In this document: positions 9,163-19,000 of the stretch, piece by piece
Layout of the letters: the number at the start of each line of letters is the position of its first letter
Position numbering within the stretch: position 1 is the stretch's first letter
The notes under the pieces: model-generated
Told to the model about the DNA's origin: nothing
Seen by the model: the letters and a program-made list of their open reading frames with translations, nothing else
Databases searched by the model: none
Position numbers and translations under genes: made by a program
Assembly: GCA_963744995.1 (NCBI GenBank)
Contig: CAVUWA010000002.1
Coordinates: 128,001 to 192,000 of the forward strand
Source of the DNA: Candidatus Eiseniibacteriota bacterium
GTDB lineage: Bacteria > Eisenbacteria > RBG-16-71-46
Length of the DNA stretch: 64,000 nucleotides
Direction: 5' to 3'

Positions 9163-9228
9163 GGTCACGGCTTCAAACGAAGGAAGGAATTACAACCCGG
9201 CCCGAGGCGATGCCTCGTCGCGCCGCGC
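9163..9228 (+). repeat. Duplicated upstream element, copy 2
   Basis: GGTCACGGCTTCAA...GGAAGGAATTACAACCCG...CGAGG matching 3771..3837. Confidence 0.8.
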
Positions 9229-9274
9229 GGACCGCGCTGAGCCCTGCGGCCCGCCCTTGAAGGAAGGTCTGCTC

Positions 9275-9922
9275 ATGAAACGCATTCTCGGCATTCTGTT
9301 GATCCTCGCTGTCGCGACGTGCGCCACCTCCACGGCCCGCGCCGGAATGGCCCTCGGCGTCAAGGCTGGCGTGAGCCTGTCCCACGTGAACGCGGATCTG
9401 TTCGACACGGACAACCGCACCGGTTTCGTGGGCGGCGTGTACGGCACGTTCGACCTGTCGCCCATGCTGGGCGTGCAGCCCGAGCTGCTGTTCGTACGCA
9501 AGGGCGCCAAACTGTTCAGCACCGACGTGACGATCGGCGGGATCGACTTCGGGAACGTCGGCAGCACGCTCGACGTGGACTATGTCGAGATCCCGCTCCT
9601 GCTCCGGATTTCGGCGCCCAGCCCCGGCGCCGTCGACCTGCGGCTGCTGGCCGGGCCCGTGGCGTCATTCAAGGTGGACGAGAAGATCAGCACCACCGGG
9701 CTGCTCGGCTTTTCGCTCGACTCGGACCAGGTCAAGTCCTCGGACTTCGGGCTCGCGGTCGGGGGCGCGGCGGCGATCCGGAACGGCGCCATGCGGGTGG
9801 TCGCCGAAGGACGCTATACCTTCGGCCTCTCGAACATTTCCGACCTGCCGTTCGGCGGCGATGTGAAGAACGGCGCGTTCTACGCCACGCTCGGTCTGGA
9901 GTTCCCCTTCGGCGCGCCCTGA
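9275..9922 (+). CDS. Outer-membrane beta-barrel protein (PorT/porin-like)
   Basis: Signal peptide; GVKAGVS, QPELLFVRKG, YVEIPLLL, EGRYTFGL motifs. Confidence 0.85.
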   Translation: MKRILGILLILAVATCATSTARAGMALGVKAGVSLSHVNADLFDTDNRTGFVGGVYGTFDLSPMLGVQPELLFVRKGAKLFSTDVTIGGIDFGNVGSTLDVDYVEIPLLLRISAPSPGAVDLRLLAGPVASFKVDEKISTTGLLGFSLDSDQVKSSDFGLAVGGAAAIRNGAMRVVAEGRYTFGLSNISDLPFGGDVKNGAFYATLGLEFPFGAP

Positions 9923-10076
9923 CACACGGGCGCAGTCGCTTCTACGCCGCGCCGGGAGGCATTTACATCGGGGGCCCCGTCACGGGGCCGCAGGCGCCGC
10001 GCCGCGCGACCGCACGCTGACGCCATGTCTGCCGCCTGCGGCAGGTTGCAGTGTATCTGTGATCATCCCACGCGAG

Positions 10077-10091
10077 TGGCTTGTATCGTGC
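10077..10091 (+). promoter_or_regulatory. Putative sigma-54 promoter
   Basis: TGGCTTGTATCGTGC = GG-N10-GC in the intergenic region before the lipoprotein gene. Confidence 0.55.
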
Positions 10092-10346
10092 ATGTGTAGA
10101 CAGGCAGTACAGGCAGCACCCGCTCGATGCACGGGGCGGCCCGAGGCCCGGCCCCCACACCGCAAGCGAGCCCCGAATCGTCCGATCAGCCAGCGTCTGC
10201 TGGCCTGTTGCGACCTCTGAAGCACCCGCACGTCGACGATTCCGATCGAACCACCGACAAGTTCGAGCACTCTCGACCTTTCATCCTTCGCGTTGAGGCG
10301 CCGCCAGCGCGGCACTTCCGCACATGTCACTCAAGGAGCAACTCTC

Positions 10347-10958
10347 ATGCGTTACACACGCTACCTATCCATCGCCGCGCTCGTCGCGGTCACCGCGCTC
10401 ACGGGATGCCGCGACGGGAACCAGGTCGCCAGCAATACCGGCGGCAGCGTCGACAACGTGGCACACATCACGGTTCCGTCCGGCACCCCGATCGAGATCA
10501 CGCTGGGCACCGGCCTCACTTCCGAGCACGCCAGCGTCGGCGATGCATGGACGGGTTCGGTCGCCAACGGCATCAACGGCATCCCCGCCGGCAGCACGGT
10601 CAGCGGCACGGTCAGCGCGGTCAAGCCCGCAGTGAAGGGTGATCGCGCCATGCTCGACCTGCAGCTGACTTCGATCAACGTCAACGGTCACAACTATCCG
10701 ATGCAGGGCGGGACGGAAGCCGTCGTCGCCGGTTCGACGCGGGCTCGCAACCTGGGCGCCATCGCCGGTTCAGCGGCAGGCGGCGCGCTCATCGGCAAGG
10801 CCGTGAGCGGAACGGGCAAGGGTGCCGTGATCGGCGGCGTCATCGCCGGCGGCGTGGCCACCGGCGTCGTGGCCGCCTCGGACGGCTATCAGGTGCTGCT
10901 CAAGCCGGGCACCCCGCTCACGTTCACGACCAGCAGCGCAGTGGCCGTGCGCTCCTGA
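10347..10958 (+). CDS. Lipoprotein with glycine-zipper segment
   Basis: AAGGAG RBS; lipobox LTGC; VPSGTPIEI; GAIAGSAAGGALIG...GAVIGG. Confidence 0.8.
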   Translation: MRYTRYLSIAALVAVTALTGCRDGNQVASNTGGSVDNVAHITVPSGTPIEITLGTGLTSEHASVGDAWTGSVANGINGIPAGSTVSGTVSAVKPAVKGDRAMLDLQLTSINVNGHNYPMQGGTEAVVAGSTRARNLGAIAGSAAGGALIGKAVSGTGKGAVIGGVIAGGVATGVVAASDGYQVLLKPGTPLTFTTSSAVAVRS

Positions 10959-11028
10959 CGCGGGCACGCGCAGGCTGCCGCGCAGCGACACAAGGTAAAG
11001 AAGTCATCAGCGGAAAGGAGCGCTTGAA

Positions 11029-11244
11029 ATGAAGATCCTGGCCATTGCACTCATCGTTCTTGGAATCGTCGGGCTGGTCTACGGCGGGATTGGCTACAAC
11101 CGGCAGACGACGATCCTCGATGTAGGCGGAATCAAAGCGACGGCGACGGAACACAAGACCATTCCGATTGCGCCCATCGCCGGAGGGCTCGCGCTGGCCG
11201 GAGGAGTCGTCCTCCTCCTCAACTCGAGGAAGCGCTCCACCTGA
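11029..11244 (+). CDS. Small two-TM membrane protein, DUF3185-like
   Basis: AAAGGAG RBS; MKILAIALIVLGIVGLVYGGIGY...PIAPIAGGLALAGG. Confidence 0.85.
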   Translation: MKILAIALIVLGIVGLVYGGIGYNRQTTILDVGGIKATATEHKTIPIAPIAGGLALAGGVVLLLNSRKRST

Positions 11245-11289
11245 GACGGACCCCTGCATTCGCAATCACTGTTTCAACTTGCTGCTCCC

Positions 11290-11316
11290 GGGCGACGTCG
11301 CAAGGCGTCGCCCTTT
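11290..11316 (+). terminator. Stem-loop with GCAA loop and short T tract
   Basis: GGGCGACGTC-GCAA-GGCGTCGCCC-TTT between the DUF3185-like gene and the sortase substrate. Confidence 0.5.
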
Positions 11317-11334
11317 GAAGAGAAGAGACCTCAG

Positions 11335-12399
11335 ATGAAAGCAACGCAACGAACACATCGTACGTGGAGCGCGGCGGCCTGCGCGCTCGTGATGCTGGGA
11401 CTCATGGCCGGGGCCTCGCTGGCCGCGACCCCGCCCGGCACCGCCTACCGGTTCTCGTCACACCCGATGATCTCGGGAACGGTGGCGACGGTGAACGATC
11501 ACCAGATGGTCGTGAACACCGACCAGGGGGAACAGGTCACCCTGGAGGTGGACTCGCGCACCATGGCGCCGCGGGATCTCGGACCGGGCATGATCATGCG
11601 CGCTGAGTTCGTGGCGCTCGAAGACTGTCGCTTCTACGCGCAGCGGATCACTCCCATTCGGGGCATGTCCGCTGAACGGACACAGGCCTATGCCAACACC
11701 CGCGACAGTCGCGAGGTCGTCGCACGCGATGCCACGGCGCCAGGAAATGGCCGTGAGGCCGGCGGCGCTGTTCAGGCCGACACGGATGGCCGCGTGACCC
11801 TGCCGCAGCAGATGCGCACGCATTCTCCCGGGGCCATGATGACGGCGACGCCCAACACCGCCGACTACCACTTCTCCGACCGTCCGATGATCTCGGGCCG
11901 GGTGGTATCGGTGAACGATCACCGTCTGATGATCGCGACGAACCAGGGCCAGGCGGTGGGCATGGTCATGGACTCCCGAACCATCGTGCCCCGCGAGGTC
12001 GCGCCCGGTACGTTCCTGCGGGTGGAGTTCATGCAGATGACCGATGGCCGCTATTACGCGAAGCGCGTCAATCTGCTCGGTGGCAGCGAGGCGGACCGGG
12101 AACAGGCCTACTCGCAGACGCTCGACAGTGATCTGGTGGTCGCTCAGAACAGCGTGGATTGCGGATTCACGAGCGCCACCGGCCGCAACGCGCCGATCTC
12201 CGACGCTGAAGTCGTCGAGCGGCGCGAGATCGAGCCGGCGACCTATGCGGTCGTGGCGCAGCGCGAGCCCGCGCGGGTGGAGCGCGCGGACACACTCCCG
12301 CAGACCGCGAGCCGTCAGCCGCTGATTCTGCTGCTGGGTGTGTCGTCGCTGGGAGCGGCGGGATTCTGGACGGTCCTGCGCAGCCTGCGGATCGTCTGA
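11335..12399 (+). CDS. Secreted protein with two internal repeats and a C-terminal LPQTA sortase sorting signal
   Basis: Signal peptide; duplicated domain (PMISGxVxxVNDH...DSRT..PR...); LPQTAS + hydrophobic helix + RSLR tail; adjacent sortase. Confidence 0.85.
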   Translation: MKATQRTHRTWSAAACALVMLGLMAGASLAATPPGTAYRFSSHPMISGTVATVNDHQMVVNTDQGEQVTLEVDSRTMAPRDLGPGMIMRAEFVALEDCRFYAQRITPIRGMSAERTQAYANTRDSREVVARDATAPGNGREAGGAVQADTDGRVTLPQQMRTHSPGAMMTATPNTADYHFSDRPMISGRVVSVNDHRLMIATNQGQAVGMVMDSRTIVPREVAPGTFLRVEFMQMTDGRYYAKRVNLLGGSEADREQAYSQTLDSDLVVAQNSVDCGFTSATGRNAPISDAEVVERREIEPATYAVVAQREPARVERADTLPQTASRQPLILLLGVSSLGAAGFWTVLRSLRIV

Positions 12400-12475
12400 A
12401 CGTGCCGTGTCTACCCGGTGGCCGGTCCCTGAGACCGCCGGGTGGCACCGCCGCAGCCACGAGGCACCTCGTCCA

Positions 12476-13123
12476 ATGATCACGGGCCATAAATTCCATT
12501 GGTTCCGGGGCGGGCTCCTGATTCTGGGGTTGCTGCTCCTCGGGCGATGGTCTACGACCGCCATCGAGGCGCACCACTTTCAGGCGGCCACGTCGGGCGC
12601 CTTCGACATCGCATTGCGCGATGCTGCCGCCGCCCCGTCCGTCGCCGTCGGCAATCAGGCGCCGGTCACCGGGGCACTCGCAGCCGAACCGCCGCGGCGC
12701 GCAGCGGAGTCGGGGACCGTGCTCGGCCGGATCGAAATTCCGCGCCTCGGTATGACCGCGATGGTCGCCGAGGGCGTGGACGCCCGGACGCTCGGACGCG
12801 CCGTGGGACACGTTCCATCGACGGCATGGCCGGGTGGAGCCGGCAACTGCGGGCTCGCGGGACACCGCGACACCTTTCTGCGCGGTCTCGGGAAGGTGCG
12901 TGTGGACGACGTCATTCACATCGTCACGCTCGAGCGCACCACCAGCTACCGGGTCGAATGGACCGAAATCGTCGAGCCGACGCGCGTAGACGTGCTGGAT
13001 TCGACGGCGACCCGCTCGCTGACCCTCGTCACCTGCTACCCGTTCGTATTCGTCGGCCACGCGCCGCAGCGGTTCATCGTCCGGGCCAGGCAGGTCGAGG
13101 AGCGCCACTCCGCCGGCTCGTGA
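12476..13123 (+). CDS. Sortase, class D-like
   Basis: N-terminal TM; GRIEIPRL, LAGHRDTF (His), LTLVTCYPF (Cys), QRFIVRA (Arg). Confidence 0.93.
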   Translation: MITGHKFHWFRGGLLILGLLLLGRWSTTAIEAHHFQAATSGAFDIALRDAAAAPSVAVGNQAPVTGALAAEPPRRAAESGTVLGRIEIPRLGMTAMVAEGVDARTLGRAVGHVPSTAWPGGAGNCGLAGHRDTFLRGLGKVRVDDVIHIVTLERTTSYRVEWTEIVEPTRVDVLDSTATRSLTLVTCYPFVFVGHAPQRFIVRARQVEERHSAGS

Positions 13124-13204
13124 GCACTCTTCCATGAACGCGCGGGCTTGCACCGCGGCCCGTTCCTCGAAATTTCCGTCGGGCGCAGGGCGACCTGGAC
13201 GCGC

Positions 13205-13978
13205 CTATGCTGCGTGTGGCCCGGGCCACGACACACCGCCCTTGCTGAGGAGTCGACGCGCGTTGGCCTCCAGGAGATCGACCATCTCCTGACGATCCAG
13301 GGCTCGCAGCTCCGCCAACCGATCCACCACCCGCCGCAGCAGCGCCGGTTTCCCTGGAGAGCCCTCCAGCCAGGCCCACCCACCCGGGTTGTCCGTCTCG
13401 CTGAGAAGGCGGTCCAGGGGAACGCGTCGAGCAATCTTCGCGATGCGCTCCGAGCGGAGCACTTCCACCCCCACCGAGAAGTACGCGCCCATCTCCGCCA
13501 GGGCTGCCATCGGCCGCTGGGGACCCTTGTACCAGTGCACCACCGCCAGCGGGGCTCCGGCTTCACGCATCCGATCTGCCACACGGACCTCGGCGCCCGA
13601 AGTGTGCAGGTTGAGAAGCTTTCCCGTGCGCCGTGCTGCATCCAGAAACAAGGCGAAGACCTCCTCCTGCGGTCCGTAGGCGCCCTCGTCCTTCACGAAC
13701 CGTCGATCCAGCCCCACCTCGCCGAGCATGGGCGCCTCGTTCACCAGGGTCTCCAGCTCGTCAAGCCGCCCGGCCCACTCGGGGGCGTTCCACGGATGGA
13801 TCCCGAAGGAAGTCAGGATCAGCGGCTCGTCCCGACTCAGCGCCACCGTGGTGTGGTAGGAGTCCACGTCCATGGACACGGCCAACGACACGATGCCGTG
13901 GCGCCGGATCTCGTCCCGCGCGGCGGGCCAATCCTCCTTGTAGCCATCCACGTGGACGTGGGCATCGCAGAGTGTCAT
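13205..13978 (-). CDS. tatD: TatD family metal-dependent hydrolase
   Basis: DAHVH, GIHPW, GEVGLD, LNLH, VVHWY, LLSETDNP. Confidence 0.9.
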   Translation of the reverse strand: MTLCDAHVHVDGYKEDWPAARDEIRRHGIVSLAVSMDVDSYHTTVALSRDEPLILTSFGIHPWNAPEWAGRLDELETLVNEAPMLGEVGLDRRFVKDEGAYGPQEEVFALFLDAARRTGKLLNLHTSGAEVRVADRMREAGAPLAVVHWYKGPQRPMAALAEMGAYFSVGVEVLRSERIAKIARRVPLDRLLSETDNPGGWAWLEGSPGKPALLRRVVDRLAELRALDRQEMVDLLEANARRLLSKGGVSWPGPHAA

Positions 13979-14293
13979 GGGTGCGATTCCGAGAAGAAGC
14001 CGAAGTGGACCATCATGCAGGCCTCCACGGCCGCGGCCGGCCGTCCCGAACGCCCGGCGATTCTCGTCGGTGTCGCGGACGCCCGGACGCTGCAACTCCA
14101 GCTGGATCCCGCTCACTGTGCCACACGCTCGCAGCCCGGAGCCACGGCCTTGAAGATTCTTCCACGGGACGTGCGCGATTCTACTTCGACGGCTCCCGCG
14201 CGGGCCCGCAATAGCGTGCCGAGTCCGCATGTCCGAGCCTGAATCGCGGTGGCTCGCTGGACGTTGGATGGACGCGTTCAAGACGCCGCCTGG

Positions 14294-14308
14294 TGGCACG
14301 GAACTGGC
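14294..14308 (+). promoter_or_regulatory. Putative sigma-54 promoter
   Basis: TGGCACGGAACTGGC = GG-N10-GC, ~110 bp before the radical SAM start. Confidence 0.65.
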
Positions 14309-14416
14309 TTTGGGCGCCATTCGAAATCCACTTTCCGAGGCCGGCCGGTGCGTCGCCGAACCGAAGCACGACCGCCAGGCTTGCGGTCGCCTCGTGAGCC
14401 GGAGGGAGGACGAATC

Positions 14417-15994
14417 GTGCACGACATGGATTTCGATGGAAACCGCAGCCGGTTGGGCAGCGCCGTGAAGGCAGGAGCGCTTTCCGGAGACGGCAGCCCG
14501 GGCGCCAAACGGGTCAATGCCCTGCTCGTCTACCCCGCCTTCGCAGACACGTTCTGGGGTTTCCGGCACGCACTCAAGTTCGTCGGCCGGCGCGCCGCGT
14601 TGCCACCACTGGGCCTGGTCACCATCGCCGCTCTGTTGCCGCGCGCCTGGCATATCCGCGTCGCCGATACCAACGTGCGACCACTCTCCGCGGCCGACCT
14701 CGCGTGGGCCGACGTCGTCATGGTGAGCGCCATGAACGCGCAGAGTCGATCCGCGCACGAACTCCTCGCGCGCTGCCGGGCGGCCGGCAAGACCATCGTC
14801 GCCGGCGGCCCGCTCTTCGATGCGGACCAGACGGCGTTCCCGGAAGTCGACCACTTCGTGCTCGGCGAGGCCGAGGCGGTGCTCGCTTCGTTCCTGAAGG
14901 ACTTCGAGAACGGCCGCGCGAACCGAGTCTACCGCCCGACGGAACTGCCCGACCTGCACCAGACGCCGATCCCGCGGTGGGAACTGCTGAACCTCGCGCA
15001 CTATCATTCGCTGAGCGTGCAGTTCTCCCGCGGTTGCCCGTTCGATTGCGAATTCTGCGACGTCACCTCACGGTTCGGTCACCTGCCGCGCACCAAGTCC
15101 CCGGAGCAGATCGTGGCCGAACTGGACCTGCTCTACCGGCTCGGATGGCGCGGTTCGGTCTTTTTCGTGGACGACAACCTGATCGGCAACATGCGTGACC
15201 TCAAGGCCGGGTTGCTGCCCGCACTCATCCGCTGGCGCCAGGGCAAGCGTGGCATGCCGTTCTACACCGAGGCCTCGATCAACCTCGCGCGAGACGCGGC
15301 GCTGATGTCGTCCATGGTCGAAGCCGGCTTCGGCACGGTATTCATCGGCATCGAAACGCCGGAGGACGCCGGCCTGGCCGAGTGCAACAAGCGCCAGAAC
15401 CGCGGCCGCAACCTGATCGCCGACGTGCGCACGATCCAGCGCGCCGGCCTGCAGGTGATGGGCGGTTTCATCGTCGGGTTCGACAGCGACACGCCCATGG
15501 TGTTCCGGCGGATGAGCGAGTTCATCCAGTCGAGCGGCATCATCACCGCCATGGTCGGCCTGCTCAATGCGCCCAGTTCCACCCGCCTCTACGATCGCAT
15601 GAAGCAGGAGGGGCGGCTGCTCGGAGAGATGACGGGTGACAACACCGACGGCACCACCAACATCCAGCCGCGTATGGGACTCGAGGTGCTGCGCGAGGGT
15701 TATCGCAGCGTCCTCAAGAGCATCTACTCGCCGGGTCCCTACTACGCGCGCGTCCGCACCTTCCTGCGTGAGTTCCGGCCGGTCGGTCGGTGTGGCGTCG
15801 TGGTGGACTGGCGCCACATCCTGGCCCTGTTCTACTCCAGCGTGCGACTGGGGCTCGTCGGGCGCGAGCGCTTCCATTTTTGGGGCCTGCTGGGGTGGAC
15901 GTTGTTCCGCCGCCCGCGGCTCATCGCCGCGGCGGTGACCTTCGCGATCTACGGACATCACTTCGAGCGGGTTTCCAAAGCGCTCGACGTCTGA
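14417..15994 (+). CDS. B12-binding radical SAM protein (DUF4070-type C-terminus); start approximate
   Basis: LLVYP..TFWGF, PPLGL, GEAE, RGCPFDCEFC (CxxxCxxC), FFVDDN, FIGIETP. Confidence 0.9.
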   Translation: MHDMDFDGNRSRLGSAVKAGALSGDGSPGAKRVNALLVYPAFADTFWGFRHALKFVGRRAALPPLGLVTIAALLPRAWHIRVADTNVRPLSAADLAWADVVMVSAMNAQSRSAHELLARCRAAGKTIVAGGPLFDADQTAFPEVDHFVLGEAEAVLASFLKDFENGRANRVYRPTELPDLHQTPIPRWELLNLAHYHSLSVQFSRGCPFDCEFCDVTSRFGHLPRTKSPEQIVAELDLLYRLGWRGSVFFVDDNLIGNMRDLKAGLLPALIRWRQGKRGMPFYTEASINLARDAALMSSMVEAGFGTVFIGIETPEDAGLAECNKRQNRGRNLIADVRTIQRAGLQVMGGFIVGFDSDTPMVFRRMSEFIQSSGIITAMVGLLNAPSSTRLYDRMKQEGRLLGEMTGDNTDGTTNIQPRMGLEVLREGYRSVLKSIYSPGPYYARVRTFLREFRPVGRCGVVVDWRHILALFYSSVRLGLVGRERFHFWGLLGWTLFRRPRLIAAAVTFAIYGHHFERVSKALDV

Positions 15995-16024
15995 GCTGCT
16001 CCGGGCACGCGCGTTCGCACTCGA

Positions 16025-19000
16025 TCAGGGGGTCGGCCTCCCCAACGTGTGCACGGCCGATAGCGAAGCGGGTTCGGGGCCGGGGTCGCCCATGATCACT
16101 CGCACTCGATGCACTGCACCGTCATCGACGAGCGGGATCGCCCGGTGGTCGATCGCGGCGTCGTCCAGCCAGGCCTCCACGACGCCGCAGTTCCCGTGCC
16201 CGGGATTCACCACGGCGATCTCGTACAGGCTGCTTCCGTGGCGCCACCGCACGGCGAAACGGTCCCATGCGCCGGGAATGCACGGCTCGATGGCGAAGCA
16301 GCCACCGCGGCGCCTGATTCCAAGAATGGACTCGACAGCGAGCCGGTACATCCAGGCCGCCGAACCGGTGTACCAGGTCCAGCCGCCACGGCCGATGTGT
16401 GCGGGATGCGTGTAGACGTCCGCCGCCACGACGTAGGGCTCGACTTTGTAGCGCTCGACGTCGGCCGGGGTGCGGGCATGGTTGATCGGGTTCAGCATGT
16501 GGAACAGCTCGACCGCCTCGTCGCCGCTGCCCAGCTGCGCGATCGCCATCACCGTCCACAGCGCGGCGTGCGTGTACTGGCCGCCGTTCTCGCGCACGCC
16601 CGGCACGTAGCCCTTGATGTATCCGGGGTCGAGCGACGAATGGTCGAACGGTGGCGTGAGCAACTGGATCACGCCGGCGTGGCGCTGCACCAGTTGCATG
16701 CGAACGGCATCCATGGCGCGCTCGGCGCGGTCCCGCGGCGCGGCGCCGGACAGGACGGACCAGCTCTGCGAGATCGCATCGATCCTGCACTCCTGGGCCT
16801 GGGCGGAGCCGAGCGGGGTGCCGTCGTCGAAATAGGCGCGGCGATACCAGTCGCCATCCCAGGCCTGCTCGAGCATCGCTCCCATGCGCCTGCGCTCGCC
16901 ACGCCAGCGGGCGACGCGCTTCGTGTCGCCGCGTGCCGCCACGACCCTGGAGAAGTCGTGCAGAATCTTCGAGAGAAACCAGCCGAGCCACACGCTTTCC
17001 CCGTGGCCCAGGTGGCCCACCCGGTTCATGCCGTCGTTCCAGTCGCCGGTACCCATCAGCGGCAGACCGTGGGGGCCGACCGCGAGACACTGCTCGATGG
17101 CGCGGATGCAATGCTCGTAGAGCGTCCCGCTCTGGGTGGAGGTCCGAGGTTGCCCGTAGGCTTCCGGCTCGCCCGGCGAAAGCGGGGGCGCCTCCAGGAA
17201 GGCTACGGGGACGTCGAGCACGGCCTGATCGCCGGTGCACTTCAGGTAGTGGGCTACCGCGTAGGGGAGCCACAGCAGGTCGTCGGAGCAGCGGGTGCGT
17301 ACACCGCGGCCGTTGTGCTGATGCCACCAGTGTTGCACGTCGCCCTCGACGAACTGGCGGGCGGCGCAGCGCAGCAGATGTTCCCGGTAGAGATCCGGCC
17401 GAGCGAACCCGAGCGCCATCGAATCCTGGAGCTGATCGCGGAAGCCGTATGCACCGCCCGGCTGGAAGAAGCCGGTGCGGCCCCAGAGCCGCGAGCTCAC
17501 CGCCTGGTACAGCAGCCATCGGTTCACGATCAGGTCGAAGGAATCATCCGGGGTTTCGACCTGCACGGCGCCGAGCATCGCGTCCCAGCCCGCCTCGACC
17601 TGTTCGAGCGCCGTGCGCGCGGCCTCGATGCTGCCGAAGCGTTCCGCCAGCGCCAGCGCGTGCGCCTGCGTCTTGCCCTGGCCCAGCAGCAGCACGACGT
17701 CCCGCGTTGCGCCGGGTTCGAGATCGACCCGAACCTGAATGGCGGCGCACGGATCGAGGCTGGCGCCGAAGCGCCGTCCCAGCGACTCACGCGCGAGCGC
17801 GGCCGGGCGCCGCAACGAACCGTTCCTCCCCAGGAACTCGAGGCGGTCACCGGTCGCCGACGCGGGCATGACGCTCGAATGCACGAATGCCGTCTGCCCG
17901 GGGTAGTCCGAGTTGTAGGGATTGCGGGCCAGCACGGCGCCGGTTCCCGGATCCTGCTCGGTGACGACGAAGCGCTGTTCGCCCGCCCGCGGTGGGCACA
18001 GGGCCCATTCGTTGTAGGCGAACACGCTGAGGCGCCGGGTGTCCTTCGCGTGGTTGGTCAGCGAGATCCGCGTCAGCTTGAGGGGCTCCTCGGCGTGCAC
18101 GAACACTTCGAGTTCGCAGGTGATGCCGTGGGCGCGGTGAGCGTAGCGCGTGACGCCGGCACCGTGGCGCGTGACCCAGCGGCCGCTGTCGCGCTTGCGT
18201 GGCAGCGGCCCCGGGGTGGCGCCCCACACGTTCCCGGAGTCGTCGTCGCGCAGATAGATCGCTTCGCCGCTGAACTCGCCGACCGGGTCGTTCGTGAATG
18301 GCGTGAGGCGGTTCTCGCGGCTGTTCCCGGCCCAGGTCCAGGCGGCGCCCGTGGCGCCGACGACGGTGCCGAAGTGCGGGTTGGCGATCACGTTCACCCA
18401 CGGCTGTGGCGTGTCGGCGTTTCCCTCGAGGACGATCGCATACTCGCGTCCGCCGGCGGTGAAGCCCCCGAGCCCGTTGGCGTGGGTGAGCGCCGGAACC
18501 TCGACCTGGCGGGTGGGTTCCAACATGGGTGCAGCAGCGGGTGCCGGTCGTGTCGCCAGTGCAGGTGGCCAGTTCGGCTCGGGATAAGGCAGTCGGAGCT
18601 GGTCCGCCAGATCACCCTGTCCGCGGCCCAGCACCGCGCGCGCGGCCGCCATCAGGACCCCGCGCTGGGCCTCGGGCATGCCGTCGCCGCGCAGCAGGAA
18701 CACGCCTCCGGGCCGGTTCCTCCAGGCGGCCCATGCGCCCTTCTCGAGCAGGCCCTCGAGCTGCTCGTGCATCTCGTTCTGGTAGTTCACCGGGTGTTCG
18801 TTGAGGATGACGACGTCGGCGCTGAGGCCCTTCAGCCGCCAGTACTCCTGGGCGCGGAGCACCTGGTGTACCACTGACAGATCATGGTCTTGAATCACCT
18901 GCACGATCAGGATCGGAAAGTCGCCCGAGACGCCATTCGCCCACAGGCCGGATGGACCCAGCGTGTTGCCGGCGAGGTACGCCGGGTCCGCGCGCAGCGT

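Noticed and set aside
13205..15007. 600-aa ORF suggesting a TatD fusion
   Set aside because: The upstream part is antisense to the radical SAM gene; the TatD motif DAHVH starts right after ATG 13978.
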